DNA of 64,000 nucleotides from Botryllus schlosseri (GCA_051294905.1 CM119379.1:20398001-20462000), one strand, 5' to 3'; shown: positions 48,373-61,733, counted from the stretch's first letter. The notes: generated by a model not told the origin, from the sequence alone. Numbers and translations are program-made.

Positions 48373-51300
48373 ATCTAAACCTAGAATCTGTGACCATTGA
48401 CTCATGTTACCGTACTGACACATGGACTTAGAATAACCAATATTCAAAGGGGTTTCTTGGCCCTTTGCGACTCAAAACATAGAAACAATTGTCTCGGAGA
48501 TGAATCCAAGCGACTTCCTAGCTGAAGGTTTCCACATTATCGTAAATCATTTGTCATGCGGATTGATCAGTGTTGACAGCTCTCGACAGTTAAATACGCA
48601 ATTATGGAACGTGCTCCAATTAGAAAAACATTTTAGTAGCACTTGCTCAGACAGAATGATTATGTAATAGCCTACTCTGCCTAATTTTGAGAGGCAACTG
48701 AATCTATGTCAGCAGTTCATATGGCATGAAATTTGTTTAACAATGCTGTTACGTCACAGATTCGTCGTGACGTAGACGTAGTGAACGCAAATGACAAATG
48801 TGCCTTTCTTTGCGTTAATCTCAGTGAGTAACAATGTATATTCCTCATTCAATTAATGATGCGTGGGGTCACTATCACCATTTTAATTCAACTGAACCAC
48901 ACTACGGGTTGTCAAAGTTGTATTCAATGCTTACCGTAACCATCCGCTTTTCCCAAATCCGTAGAAGTGCCTTTCAAAACGTCACAACATCGTCACATGC
49001 CAACTTACAAGCACTAATATCCATTATACACTCGGATGATGTTTTCAATGGCTTTATCTCAGGCGCGCGATAACTGTGGCCGCATTGGCATCAACATGGG
49101 TGGCAACTAAACGGTAGAACATGTCATGTACGATCGTAGGTTTTCTGAAATGGCGACACCATGTACTGATGCATGGGTGTAGGTGTAGCTCCTATCCATC
49201 ATGTAGCACCACCGGCGCTGTTTCGGATAGTCTTACATTTGTCAGACCTACAGCAAGTAATCAGCAGCTGTTGGTTTTCATCAGCATGGTGAAAATATCA
49301 CGGTATTCGTATTCTGGGGTTTCGTATACATTACGGTGTCCAGTTGCATCATTCGGTGAACCAATGTGCTTCACCTTCCCGTTTCTCGCTTGGCCAAGTT
49401 GTGTAGGCCTACGTTACAGTCACGAAAAATACATTTCTCTAGAGAGCGTTAACTTTACATGAGGGTCACCGACAAGTAGACTCTCAAGGTCAAAAGCAAG
49501 TGCTCGCAACGTAAATGTGCCACCCGTGCAGATGTTTTTACAATATATATTACATGTATAAGAAATGCCATTGACCTGTCACAATAACGGTGTAAGATTG
49601 CATTTGGAATAAATGAATTCCTTTACGCCAACTGGTAAGAGAAAATGCTTTCAATAACCAGTTATATTCGCTACCATTGCTGTTGCGTACATCTTCACAG
49701 AAATTCCGCAGAACGAAAATCAAAACAGGCATGTTTTCACTGTTACGTCACTACTTCAATTGAAACCTTCGCTGACTGAACGTCAAAATCGGCAGAATCC
49801 ATCAAGTCACTGATATTCAGGCATTGGCACAAGAGCAAAGGAATCAAAATAGGTGCCTGACATGTATATGTACACAGCGTAACGATAAAACCACGAGGCT
49901 GTGTGAACCCATATGGCCTACTAAAAACTCAGCCATGGTGAACCAGGATTCATAAAAAAAATATCTTAACAAGTGAATTAGTGACACCTTACAACGATTG
50001 GACAGGATATCCAAGACTGGAAAAATTACTCCACGTGTAATTGAATACCAGAATGTGAAAGCGATAGGTATTGTGATTCGCTAAAACTGAGATGACGTGA
50101 TGCTGGATGTGTATTGTGTAGCCTACTATATAGTACTCTTATACACTTCAGACGATGAACATAGGTCAATGAATTTGTTTTCATGGACATTAGAGGGGCA
50201 AAGGCAATGACCGTTATATTTATTAAACGTGCTTCACTATCACTAGTCGGTTATAATTCGCTATACAGCTGTTATGGTATCAAGAAATTCATAGATATAT
50301 CCGTACAGTTTCTGTTGTCGACACCGTTTCTTTTGTGCATTATTTGCTAAATCGTTTGAAAATTACGACGCAATTTGTTTCGCAAAGGAATTGAGTGGGG
50401 CAATTTGTAACGTAACTCCATTTTCGATGACGATAAATAATCTTTTCATTCTTCGATCGTTGAAGAAAGTTCGAGATTCTTCTGCTCGAAATATAATATC
50501 CCATATCGCTTTATAAAAGATTCAGATTAAAATTCGTACATACCTCTGACTGATCTCAACTTGCGTGTCAATTACAGCTATCGCTCTAACACCGTTTTCC
50601 GGGGAAATTAGACATTGTTGAGTATTATTTCAATTGCACATAGGCCTATATATGAATTTTGAGCAATGTGAGTAGCCTAGTTGGAACTTGCAATATGTAT
50701 CTGAATTGCACATATGTTTTAATTGGGCTGCGAAATCATGCGAAACATAGTTCGAAAGTTGTAAATTGTTAGGCCTACGTTATTGATGGAATGTTCTCTA
50801 ACCTGTGGCGAAAATCAAGCTTCGGGTTCAGCGCCCTTTGCATTTTATCAATGTAAATCTATATTTTCCAGAATAACGATTTTTTTCAAATCCGACAGCT
50901 GTTTCAGAGCAGTAGAGTGAGCTTTAAGAGATAAATCACATCCACTCTCCTCAAACATTTAGCGGATAACGCTTCTAAGGATATTAATGTATTTGTTGAA
51001 CGAGTCGAAAGGATGCCAATTTCAAGTAGTATTGCATTGTGGGTTTCTAGTATTGTCCTTAACGCAGGGCCAAGTCCCAAAGCAAAGGACAACATTTGAA
51101 AAAATCCAGTCAAAGGGAATTTAAAGCATACACGGTCTACTATTTTCTTCTCCGTTTTCAGTGTGCTTCAGACGTACGTAGCGGAATTCACGTAAGCTAC
51201 ACTTGACAGCCTCACATCATATGGCGAGACCGCACACGTCGATTCTCAAATGCCACCCACGTTGAATTAGCACCTATATGTTATCGCGATTGTCATCAGC

Positions 51301-54300
51301 CTGATGTGCATATATAAATTTACATTTGTCCCCTTACGCAAACGATGGCGGTATTCCAGATTCCAAGCGTCTGATTGCTAATGGCAAATAATACTTTCTT
51401 TGCAATCAAATGCCACCACGTTGAGAATACACTGTTGTGGACACCGGAGATCCAGGTGAAGAAATATCGACGGCATTCTTGAAATTCTGTCACATACGAA
51501 ACTATAAATGGTGATACCAACGTGTTGCTAAACGCCTTACGAGTATTACGCGAAAGAGAAGTAGTCCGCTTTATAGTGTCAGCTGCTTATTATTGACATT
51601 AGTAACCACATATATTCGCTTGTCTCGGAGTGGTGTACACGTTGATGGCTATATTTCGCCGAGATATTCATAAAAAACTGTTGTCAATTGCACTATCAAG
51701 CATTCCACCACAAGAAATGTTCAAAATTATCTACGGTATTGTTATGTGACTTGTAGTTCGTCGACCTAACTGATGATTAAATGAATTAAAGATTCCCGGT
51801 GGCAGTTATCAAGTTTAATTTAACCATCCCCTACAGTTCGTAAGTGATTAGTTTTTATTTGAGGTATTATTTGTCAAATGCTACAGTCGACCACCCGTAG
51901 TCATCCCGCTTTCAGTTGGCCTCGTAGTGGTGATATGATTATCCAGAAACAAAACAGCGTTGTGATGTGGTCTGTTAAATTTACGAAACTCTCTCTTTGA
52001 TTTGTGTGTGACCTGTGTCGTGATCATACGCTATTACGAAAATGATTGTTTTGTTATTGGATACCGATATTCAAAATAACCACGGACTTGGGAAGATGAT
52101 TTTGCCAAAATGTCATGGGATCTCAAGTACAGCTCGTTACAGCACAATATTGTTAATATGGGGCAGTTTGCTATCTTTATATTACGGACCGTACCGATTT
52201 CAGTACGAAATGGTAGGCAACAGCTCAAGTTTAAATAGTTGCATGTGCTTTAGTCATACACTCACATACTATGAGCGGCAGATATAGCAATCGCACATAT
52301 GTCAGTGGGAAGTTTACAGCCAATTATGCCCGGTCGGATAAAATGACTGGTAATACGCAAAGGACATGTCGTAAAGTGGGCCGTCACCCTTTATATAATT
52401 ATATCCTATTTTGCTAAACGTTCCATTGAATTTATTTTCAGTTCTGCAGCGGTTACGTTACCAAGTGATGATCATTGGCACTGCGTCGGCCGAAATGGTG
52501 AAATTTGAAGAAATTTAGTGTTATATTCGTTATAAGTTTGCTTCACAAAAGTCTTCGGTTTATATTCGTTTGGCACATCCGTAATATATACCCAACCATA
52601 CAGGATTTTCTGAGAATAGTGGAAATATTTCAGCGCATACTATTTCGAGGCTGCTTTAACTGATGATCATTCGGTCATGATGAAAGTATTGTATCATGAC
52701 AAGAGTATTCGATCTTGATTCAAATGTCAACTTGCTATTTTGACAATCGTAAATATGCCTATCCAGTAAATAACTCCCATTCAACAAATGATCTATCTAG
52801 TAGCGCTATAGTTGGTATGATGTCGGTTCTGAAAATTATCAAACCACATTTGGTAAAAACGATGTATAAATACATTTGCCGCCAATCTCACACAATATCA
52901 AGTGGATCTGACATATAACACTGTTCGATGCTATGCGTTTCTCGTCTTGTCAAGTAATAAAAATGTCTGATATCATGCTGTGATTCTTATTGTCTTATTG
53001 TCGTCCTCTTATACAAACATAAACCCACTTTTACATTACGGGGATAATGCTCTTAATACTTGGTGAAACCGATTACAGTATCATCACTGCATGACGCAGG
53101 ACACGCGGCGGGAAGGCGTCTACTGTCAATCAAGTGTAGTTTACGCAATCATCCGAGACCACACACATCGTTCTGGAATTTTGCAGAAGCTATCGTTCCC
53201 TCATGAATATTCTAAACACAATTTAATTTACTTAAAACGAAAAACAATCAAGCTCAGTCCAGGTGCCTGGGTATGATTGCTTTAGATCTCGATTTCCCGC
53301 ATGGTTACTGATCGAATGATCCCATTTCGAATTTCGCACGGCTAACCAAACTTATTATCTACGTTGATTTACGAAATATTGCTCACTAGACTGTAGTGAG
53401 ATGAGGCAATTGAGAGTAATCAAAGTCTTCGCCTGTGAATATTCGACAAGGCTCTATTCTGACGGCACAAAATCGGTAATTTCGTGTGAGCAATGCCTCG
53501 TCTATTGTCCGCAGTCAGTAAATACTTACTAAGCGCCTATAGCGGTCGAGTTGGAATATACAATGTTTGCTACGTATCAGTATCATATAATTCAATCGAC
53601 GGAAGGGTTAATTTCCTTACCCTGACAAAGTTCTCGATAACTTACAAAATTGCCCTTGGATTTACTGAGTTGAAGCATAGAGTCGGCGCTTTCGTTATGT
53701 ACCAAGTAGTTTATTTCCAAAATAACGCTAGACCTTGAACAACGAATTAAGCAGAAATAGAAAGCTAGGATAGAAATTCAGGATTGACAAAACTTTCGAC
53801 GAAGATATAAGAAAACGCAGCTTCTCAGCACAATATGATATATAACACGAAAGAACGAAAAGTGCATGGATATTTTGGTATTTTACCTAGAAATAATTCA
53901 TATTGGTTGGGTTTAGCTGCTAGAGCTACATTTGTGGGCATAGTTTCCAAACCCATATCCACTTTTTTCTCAATTTATCCACCTATTCGTATATTTCAAA
54001 ATACGATTCAATCAACGGATCTCGAAGCTTATCATCCATATAATGAGATTTCGATGATAATATGCCTATCATGAACGTGATGCGTACGGTATGACCCGGT
54101 AGTTTTCTATGTTTTTGTGCTTACCGTAATGTAAACACAAGATTTCTCCTCACTCTATTGCCTACCGTGGTGGAATAGACGACTGGGGCGGCTTGTTGCA
54201 TAGCAAGTGATCGGTACATACCGCAGTCCAGACCATAGTGTCTGGCTCGTGCGGTAGACACTTTGTTTGCAAAGATTATGCGACTTTCCCAAGAAACTCG

Positions 54301-54426
54301 TGCCGTTGGGCAACTTTCGATCGTACATACGCCTATCGGTTCATCTGACTCTGTTTGCGATGGGTATCGCTTCGGTCATGATTCCAGACTCAACTCCCGG
54401 GCTACCGGAGATAGCACACCCGGTCG

Positions 54427-56344
54427 CTACAGGAGAGGTATCGATGATTTCCATTTCAAAAATTGCATAATAGTGACAACAATAAATACTAGCGCGGTAT
54501 TGGAGCGACATATACTAGAATCGGCGCGGCTGACTAAATTTCTCTGTACTTTTTTGTCGCAGAGTAGAATGACATTCCTCCTGATGTTCGAGAAGTCTAT
54601 TCCTACGCGTCCGTCGGAGACGCACGTGTCGTAATGGTTTGTTGCGTTTCGCAGTGACTTTATACTTTCGCGGCATCCATCGGTGCAGCGGTCGCCATCT
54701 ATTACCTGAAAATATTTAAATTTAAATTCGTGTAACTTGGTTCCCATCCACATATTCGGGTCATAGAGCCCAAATTTTAAAGTTCGGTAGGGTCTTACGG
54801 GCAGGGCGAGGTCGGGTTAGGTTCGATACTATCTTGAGCTCAAACCGAGACAACTAAGCTAACCAACGGTATAAAATTTGCATAAGTTAGCGGGCTCAAC
54901 TCGGGTTGCAATATCAACCTTCGGATTAGAGCTGGGTTTGGGCAGAATCGTGCCCAATGTACAGAGCCCGATTCCTCTTCTAAATATAGCTTACTATAGT
55001 GAATATACGAAATTAATTGAATATATCTTTCGTGCAAGGAATAAACCGTTGAATTTCGCGTCGATCTTAACAAATTTGCCGCAAGTTTTTTGTCGTGTTA
55101 TCGACAATGTATCTCGATGAAAGAAAGTCCCCATAACATCAGTCCAGTGTGGGCATATGCCAGCAAACTACCAGTAAAATTCTCAAGTGTTCTCATCTTT
55201 TTAGTTAAATATATAAAATGCAAACCTCATCTGAACATAAGAATATGTTTACCTTTGAACAGTCACTGAGAAATTGTTCTTGCGCGTTTCGGCACGCAGT
55301 GTTGCTTTTGCATCTTTCGATTGCCTCCGTGCAGCCCATTGTATTTTTGGTGCGGAGGTAAATTCTCGGCCGACAAACTTGAGCTATTCTTTGGTGTCTC
55401 AGGCACGTATTTTCCCAGCTCTGTAAATACTCCTGTTTGTCTGGGACGGATTTATCTAAGGTGTCAAGAAGCATTGTTTTATATCCTTTTGGCATGGTTT
55501 CTGCCCGACAATCGCAGTGAGCCAGTAATGCGCCGTAAATTGTGTAATTGAGCATGGTGAGGAGATTTACACACTTTGACGAGCATTTAAAGGTTTTTGT
55601 TCGCAGAGAAAAATATTTCAGCATGTCACGTGAGCTTGACGACTGCGGCTTTGCTATGCGTTTACGCATCCAAGTGACTGGTCGATGTGCATTTTTGTGT
55701 CTTCGGTGGCGCTTCCGGATACGTCTTTCGACAACTGCTAAGTCTCTCTTGAAAGATCTTTTGGGGTTCACCTTCCGACTTTTCTTTCGCCGATGTTTGT
55801 GCTGATTTTGAAACGTATCCTCTCTATCTTTGTCATGCGTTAAAAATCTCAATTCGTCATCGGAACAGTACGAATCAAATGCGTCATATTTGTAGTTACA
55901 ACTACTTTCGTCTTTGCAAAGTTCCCTCGCGTGAGCGCAATGCAAAGTATACTGTTGGTCGTTGAAGGGCGATGAGTGTGGTATCAAAAATGGATATATC
56001 TTTTTCAGTATAATCGCCTTTTGCTCCGATTGAAGACTATTCCACGAATTTATCATCGATGTTTTCGATAACGAGTTCAGATAACCGGAATGTCCAAAAC
56101 CTAGTAGCTCCGCCAGATCGCCCATCCTCAAATGGTCAATGATCTCGGATAATATATTTCCATCACCGGGAGAATGTGCTTGGGGCTCCCGTAAAACTTT
56201 CGTAACTTCCCCGATGCCTCTAATCCGACCGCGGTCGCTGTCATATTGCAATTCCGATGAAACTCTTAGGCAAATAGTTGCGATTAGTAAAAGTTTTGTG
56301 CTCCAATACATTCCGATGGCTTCACTGTTCGAAGTTTTCATCAT
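54427..56344 (-). CDS. GAS1: Growth-arrest-specific protein 1-like (two GDNF-receptor/GAS1 Cys-rich domains, 456 aa)
   Basis: Exons 56344-55253 and 54705-54427 (phase 0, GT-AG). Signal peptide MYWSTKLLLIATICLRVSS. CSSKCVNLLTMLNYTIYGALLAHCDC corresponds to GAS1 CPSHCISALIQLNHTRRGPALEDCDC. MGCTEAIERCKSNTACRNAQEQFLSDCSKVIDGDRCTDGC corresponds to MGCTEARRRCDRDSRCNLALSRYLTYCGKVFNGLRCTDEC (human sequence as recalled). Hydrophobic C-terminal tail, GPI-signal-like. Confidence 0.85.
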
Positions 56345-59300
56345 TAAATAACGGAATACCGCTTATAGCTGTAAATAGAATTAGTTCCGATAAAACAGCT
56401 TTCTAACCCGTGTAGGCCTACATGACATAAATACAAACACAACGGAATGCAGAATAACATGTGTCACAGTCGACATGTCATGCATAGGTCTATCCTATGG
56501 CACAGATTCCTGATATTATTATGCTACTCTTTCACGAAAACATACATCACCTTGACTTTACCTATCGTTGCATCGGCCATGAATCCGCCAAGCACAAACT
56601 GAAAGACGATTTTAAAATATTCATAAACGGCCACATGGACAACTACTGCTTGACAACATATTCAGCAGCGCACCACAGTTTTACCTATTGGTCGGCGTAA
56701 AATCACAACTGCATGCCCTACATTTATATCGCGTCGAGCGTTTTGTTTATGCTGGGTTTGCGCTGAAAAACCTCTGACATCATACCTGAAGTTAACTATC
56801 AGCTTTCATTTGATCTGATGCTACAGACAACTATCTTCCTACTCCGAAAACCCGAACTGTATGTCGTTACCTCATTTCCCGTGGAAGGAATTTTCTCTTT
56901 CGTTTCGGATCGAATTATCTCAATCGGTATGATCATTATTATGCATCAAAGTAAAATGTATAAACAAGTATACTTACCTGTGAATTACTCGGGATCGTCC
57001 TGACTAGTAGCTTACTATGGTGGTCACAGTTTCTACTTTGATTATATTGTGATACTGTAAATCACGATGGGATATAGGAATACATTGTCAGAAATTTTGT
57101 ATGTGTGTAGGCCTGCATTGTAAATTGTACTGTCTAGTGCACAATGTACAATTGTACATGTGCAATCGCAAAAACCAGCTTCGATGTAAAGTTCAACTTC
57201 AGTATGACGAAGATGACAAAATGGCGTCTGCAATGCGATGCAAGTGTGATTTGTCAGCGGTTCCTGGCACAAAACGTTATGGATACAGTACCCAGCTAAT
57301 ATGCGAAAAACCGATTGCTTGCTCATCGACTGGTCGCTTATCCAATCTCGGTAATGTAGTCTTCGAATCATAAAGAACGTGGTGCACCTATATCAATTAG
57401 CTCATCTGATACCACAGACTGTACATATTCCAAATGTGGCCCAATCTTTCTCGGTTTGTTTCCTAGATCGCGCCTATCGTCCTGAGCATGAAAGACCACA
57501 CATCATGAAACTATGACTTGGCGTTCGGTCCACATTACTCTCCTTGCCTGCGGGTATTCTCTCGAATCTGATGAGATTTTAGGGGTTCGTGGTTTATAGA
57601 GTGGAGTAGATAAACAAGTTAAATCCCCCTGCAGTCCAAATATATCTAGAAAAAACGCCATCCTTTTTCAAGCAAGTATTCCCTTTACGCGATACATTTT
57701 CCGCGGCGAAATACCAATGGACACATGTTGTTGGCATTAAGCACCTGCTTGTCTATAATATAACCAACATCCGTTTCGTGAGTTTCCGCTTCGTTTGATG
57801 TCGATTCCGCATTGTATTAAGCATATCGCTTTTCTGAAATTCTAAAGAAAGCATGTCATCAGGGCTCCAAAACATGAATATCAAATGAGTGTCATTTCAG
57901 CAATGTGATAGCATACAATAAGACTATTTCATACCTCCAAACCCTTCCTAGAAAATCTGGGGGGTCACCTCGTAGCGTAAAAACTATATAGAGAAAAAAT
58001 CCCTCTTCTCTCATAATTTTGAAGTAGCGATGTAACCCCGAATAGCGCGTTTGCAATTGCGTCACAGAGAAGGATCGTTGATTAGTGGTAATTCTCTGAT
58101 TCTTCCGCAAGTATTGCTTCTGTCTGCGTAAATCGTTACTGGATCACCGCTGCTCAAACTGAAGACGAGAGCGAGCTTTCAACGCGGCTGTTGAAGTATA
58201 ACATAATCCAACTCACAATAGAGTGCAAAATTATCTCTATCTTTGTACCTGTAATAGTTTAACATGGCTTATTCACATTGGCATAATGCTGCAATATCAT
58301 ACGACTTGGAAATTACTTTATCGTCTACCCGAAATGCTGAAGTCAAGTGCACATAGCACCTGTTAAAATATATTTACATTGAAATAACTAACTCTAGATG
58401 CTTGGTAGTAAGCGATTGACATGATGTGAAAATTTTCGCAGCGCGTATTTGAACGGACCCTGCGAGATCAAAGCATCGTTAACATAACAGTTGATCCTTT
58501 CTTCTGTATATAAAGCGGCAGCGGATATTATTTAATTGACAAATTCCTGCGGTCGTGGCCTCTGAACATATCATATCTCCATTATTATCAAGGGATAACC
58601 CGACTTCAGTAAATATAAAATTATTTACGAAGTCGCTCTTACCTCCGACCGAATATATACTCGCCGTTTAGTGTTGTTTGCCTCTTAGCACCGAATCACC
58701 GGATCCCCTAAACACCAGCCGACTAATTCGCGAATCAAACGTAGGGGAATTCACAAGCACGAGTCATACGATGAGAGCTCAACAGTCAACTTGAGAAATT
58801 CTCTTTCAATTACGTTAAAACAATTAGTAAAGTTGCATACATTTCAGGAAAACCATTCGTAACTGAGTGTGTCAAGTCTTTTATTAGGGGCCACGCATAA
58901 ACTGATCTCATATATGTTACATGAATACGCATATAATATTTAAGAATAAGTCATTCTGAATTCACTGACATAAGACTGGATCCAAGGTGCTTTGAAGTAC
59001 AATGGCGGCGAAGTGCCAATACACATACATTTGTTCAAGCAATTATGTGGAAATTATGCAATCCCATGTAAAGCATATATGAATCCAATAATATCCATTG
59101 CATGTCGCTGTCGCTATGATTCTTTCATCTAATTTAGCAACGTCCAACTCCAACTCCAATTTACCCGCTCGATATGGTTTCAATGCATTTATTTGTCCTC
59201 ACAGCACCATCTACTGACAATCTACTGTGGGATTGCGAGAAAATCTATGGTCAGCCTTCTAAATATCTTTTAGCGATTAATTGATATCACGGCGTAGCCC

Positions 59301-59975
59301 ACAATACTTCAAAGTATCGGTGTCGGTGCAAGCAATACAATCACCTAACGCAACCTACTTACTTTTTGACCGGAGCTCTTTCCGTGTGGAGTTACAAAAC
59401 AATGAAATCTTGTGAAGAATTATCAAATCAATTCAATAGTATAGCCTATTGCAGATCTGTTACCCCAAGAAGCTCTTCAATTATCAACTCCTTTCTCGTT
59501 GTACTAACCTCTAAATATAAACATCGGTAGTAGAGATCTGATGTGGTCCGAATTTTGTCAAACACGCGGGAATCAGTGTAACAGAAACCGAGGGAAACTA
59601 TATGGTGAAGTCTTTGATTTGCATATGAAGTAATGTATATGATTGATGATATGAAAAAGTCCAGACCATCGTTTGATAAGCTTTATAAGCATTTAATAAC
59701 ATTCAGGGCTAAACAGCGTCACATTTACGTATAGGCCTATTTACAAATATATTGCCGATCAATGAAATATATTTCTATCCGCCGCTATCTCTTCAATCTT
59801 TGCAAATGGTTCCCAATGCCTGGACTAAGGAATATGGTGTACGTTGACATTGTATATTTTGCTTCCATGTTAAATGATCACAGCGCTCGTTCTCATGGTT
59901 ACTCGAAATACTGGAAGTTCTGGCATATTTTTTCAAAATTTTATCTTCTTTAATATGATATGTAGCCTACATAGC

Positions 59976-60325
59976 TAGGCTTACCATATTTTGGAAATCT
60001 AAAAAGAGGACACTTTTTCAGAAATTTGAGACTTGCAAAACCGGAAAAGAATTCTCAAAAACCGGTGAATTTTTCCCACTCTGTGATCGGTTGACTAAAA
60101 AAAAAAAGGTCATCTTTCCGCTCAGAGCTAAAATCACCGTTTCTCACTCCGAAATACCCGCCGGAGCGTCATTTCTGTGCTAATTTACAGCATATCACTC
60201 GCAATTTGCTCTAAATCTAACCTAAATTTTCAAAAAAGAGGACAAAATCTGAAAAAAGAGGACAAAGGGGCGTCCTCCGAGGACACTTTCAAAAAAGTCA
60301 AAAAAGAGGACGTATGGTAACCCTA
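59976..60325. mobile_element. hAT-like MITE with AAAAGAGGAC subterminal repeats
   Basis: TAGG(C/G)TTACCAT at both ends. 7-bp flanking repeat ACATAGC. A related left-end fragment lies at about 17887-17930. Confidence 0.75.
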
Positions 60326-60801
60326 ACATAGCCCTTGAAGGATTTCTCCGGCCACCGGTCAGTGTGGGGGAGAGAGAGTCGTACTACCGGATGTTCCGAC
60401 CATCGATACCGACAGCGGCGCCAGAAGCCTACCCAAATCGCCTCTTTGAACGAACCCTGTTTCGCCCCCAAACCGGACTCTGTCGACTGGCGGCACACCT
60501 GTCCAATATTGGCCAGCTGATTCCTCACTCTGTAACACGTGTTATGTCCCCTAAACAGTTCGCAATATACTATTGCACTGCAACAAATATGACTTTAACC
60601 GGACATTCCTTGCCGACGCATGCATCACGCTCAATATACCGCTTACTATAACTAGAACTTACGGACTCTGCTGCAATTATTTACCCCGGTCGCCGAGTTT
60701 ATTATTTCATACATGCCATGAAAATCCGACCCTAGAGAACTCATTTTGTCCGCGGTGCATAAGGCGGGAAATGACGACAGGCATCACTTAAATCTCACGA
60801 T

Positions 60802-60819
60802 TAATAATAATAATAATAA
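60802..60819 (+). repeat. (TAA)6 microsatellite at the 5' junction of a retroelement fragment
   Basis: TAATAATAATAATAATAA. Confidence 0.9.
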
Positions 60820-60820
60820 A

Positions 60821-61100
60821 ACATACTACATAAGGAATCAGAAAAACAATCAAAATACGCAGAGCTCAAAATGGAATGTGGAATATGTGGCGATGCAAAA
60901 TAAACATTGTACCCCGATAGTCATTGGCGCCACAGGGGTCATAAGCAAAAGAACTCATGAGACATATCCAACAGATTTAGGGAAACGTTTGATTCGACAT
61001 GATCCAAAAGATCACGTTATTGTGCACCGTGCAAATTATTCGGAAGGCCTTGAATACACCACTGGTCTAAAATTACACTTGTGCGCCTGAATCACAGCAT
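60821..61100 (+). mobile_element. 5'-truncated 3' end of a restriction-like-endonuclease non-LTR retrotransposon (R4/Dong-like)
   Basis: Frameshifted translation KESEKQSKYAELKME / MWRCKINIVP / PIVIGATGVISK / DMIQKITLLCTVQIIRKALNTPLV* (stop 61068-61070) matches the RLE C-terminus consensus KxxKYxxL...PxVIGAxG...IQKxxLLGTAxIIRK. Confidence 0.75.
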
Positions 61101-61733
61101 AATTTCTGTAATTTGGATTCTTCATTTTCAATCATCTCTACCTCTGCTCTGCAACCCTTGTCAATTCTTCATCTACCGCAATTCTGTAATCTGACCTCTT
61201 CATGTATTGCATAGGAATAACTATTTGACTTTATTACAGAAATTTTAAAAATTTACTCCAATCTCGCCATTTTCTTTTGGGGGCAGGTTGCTCCTCGGAT
61301 TATGTGTGTATATTTACCAGTTTTACTGTAAATAGAGAAAATAATAATAACCGACCAAGGATCACTTGCGTACGGGTATACCTCTAAATTTCAGAGGTTC
61401 GCACACTGAACGCCAACAGGAAATACACGTTCGCACCATTCATGGGGCGTATATAGCGATACTTTCAGTCCCTAATATTTCGCATGTGTAACGGGCAGCA
61501 TTCTGATTTCGAACGATAGGTAAACCGTCTGGCAGCTGTAGGATACATCTCTGCATGTAATGTGATTCTAATTTCAGAATATCAATTTTATCAATTATTC
61601 TGGTCAACCGTTTATTCGTATTTTGTAAACCGCATGCACATTGTAGATGCTAAAGTGAGTCTATATAGGCGATCACAGTCATAGTTTCATTGCACGTTTC
61701 GGGTCAGTACTGCAGCATAACATCGTTTCCAAA

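Noticed and set aside
49121-49462. 113-aa ORF and opposite-strand NVYETPEYEY peptide
   Set aside because: No domain similarity or adjoining exons; treated as chance.
55205-55252. C-terminal VNIFLCSDEVCILYI of the 379-aa ORF as part of GAS1
   Set aside because: It begins at a GTAAAC donor. Domain 2 continues correctly in the exon at 54705, so this is intron read-through.
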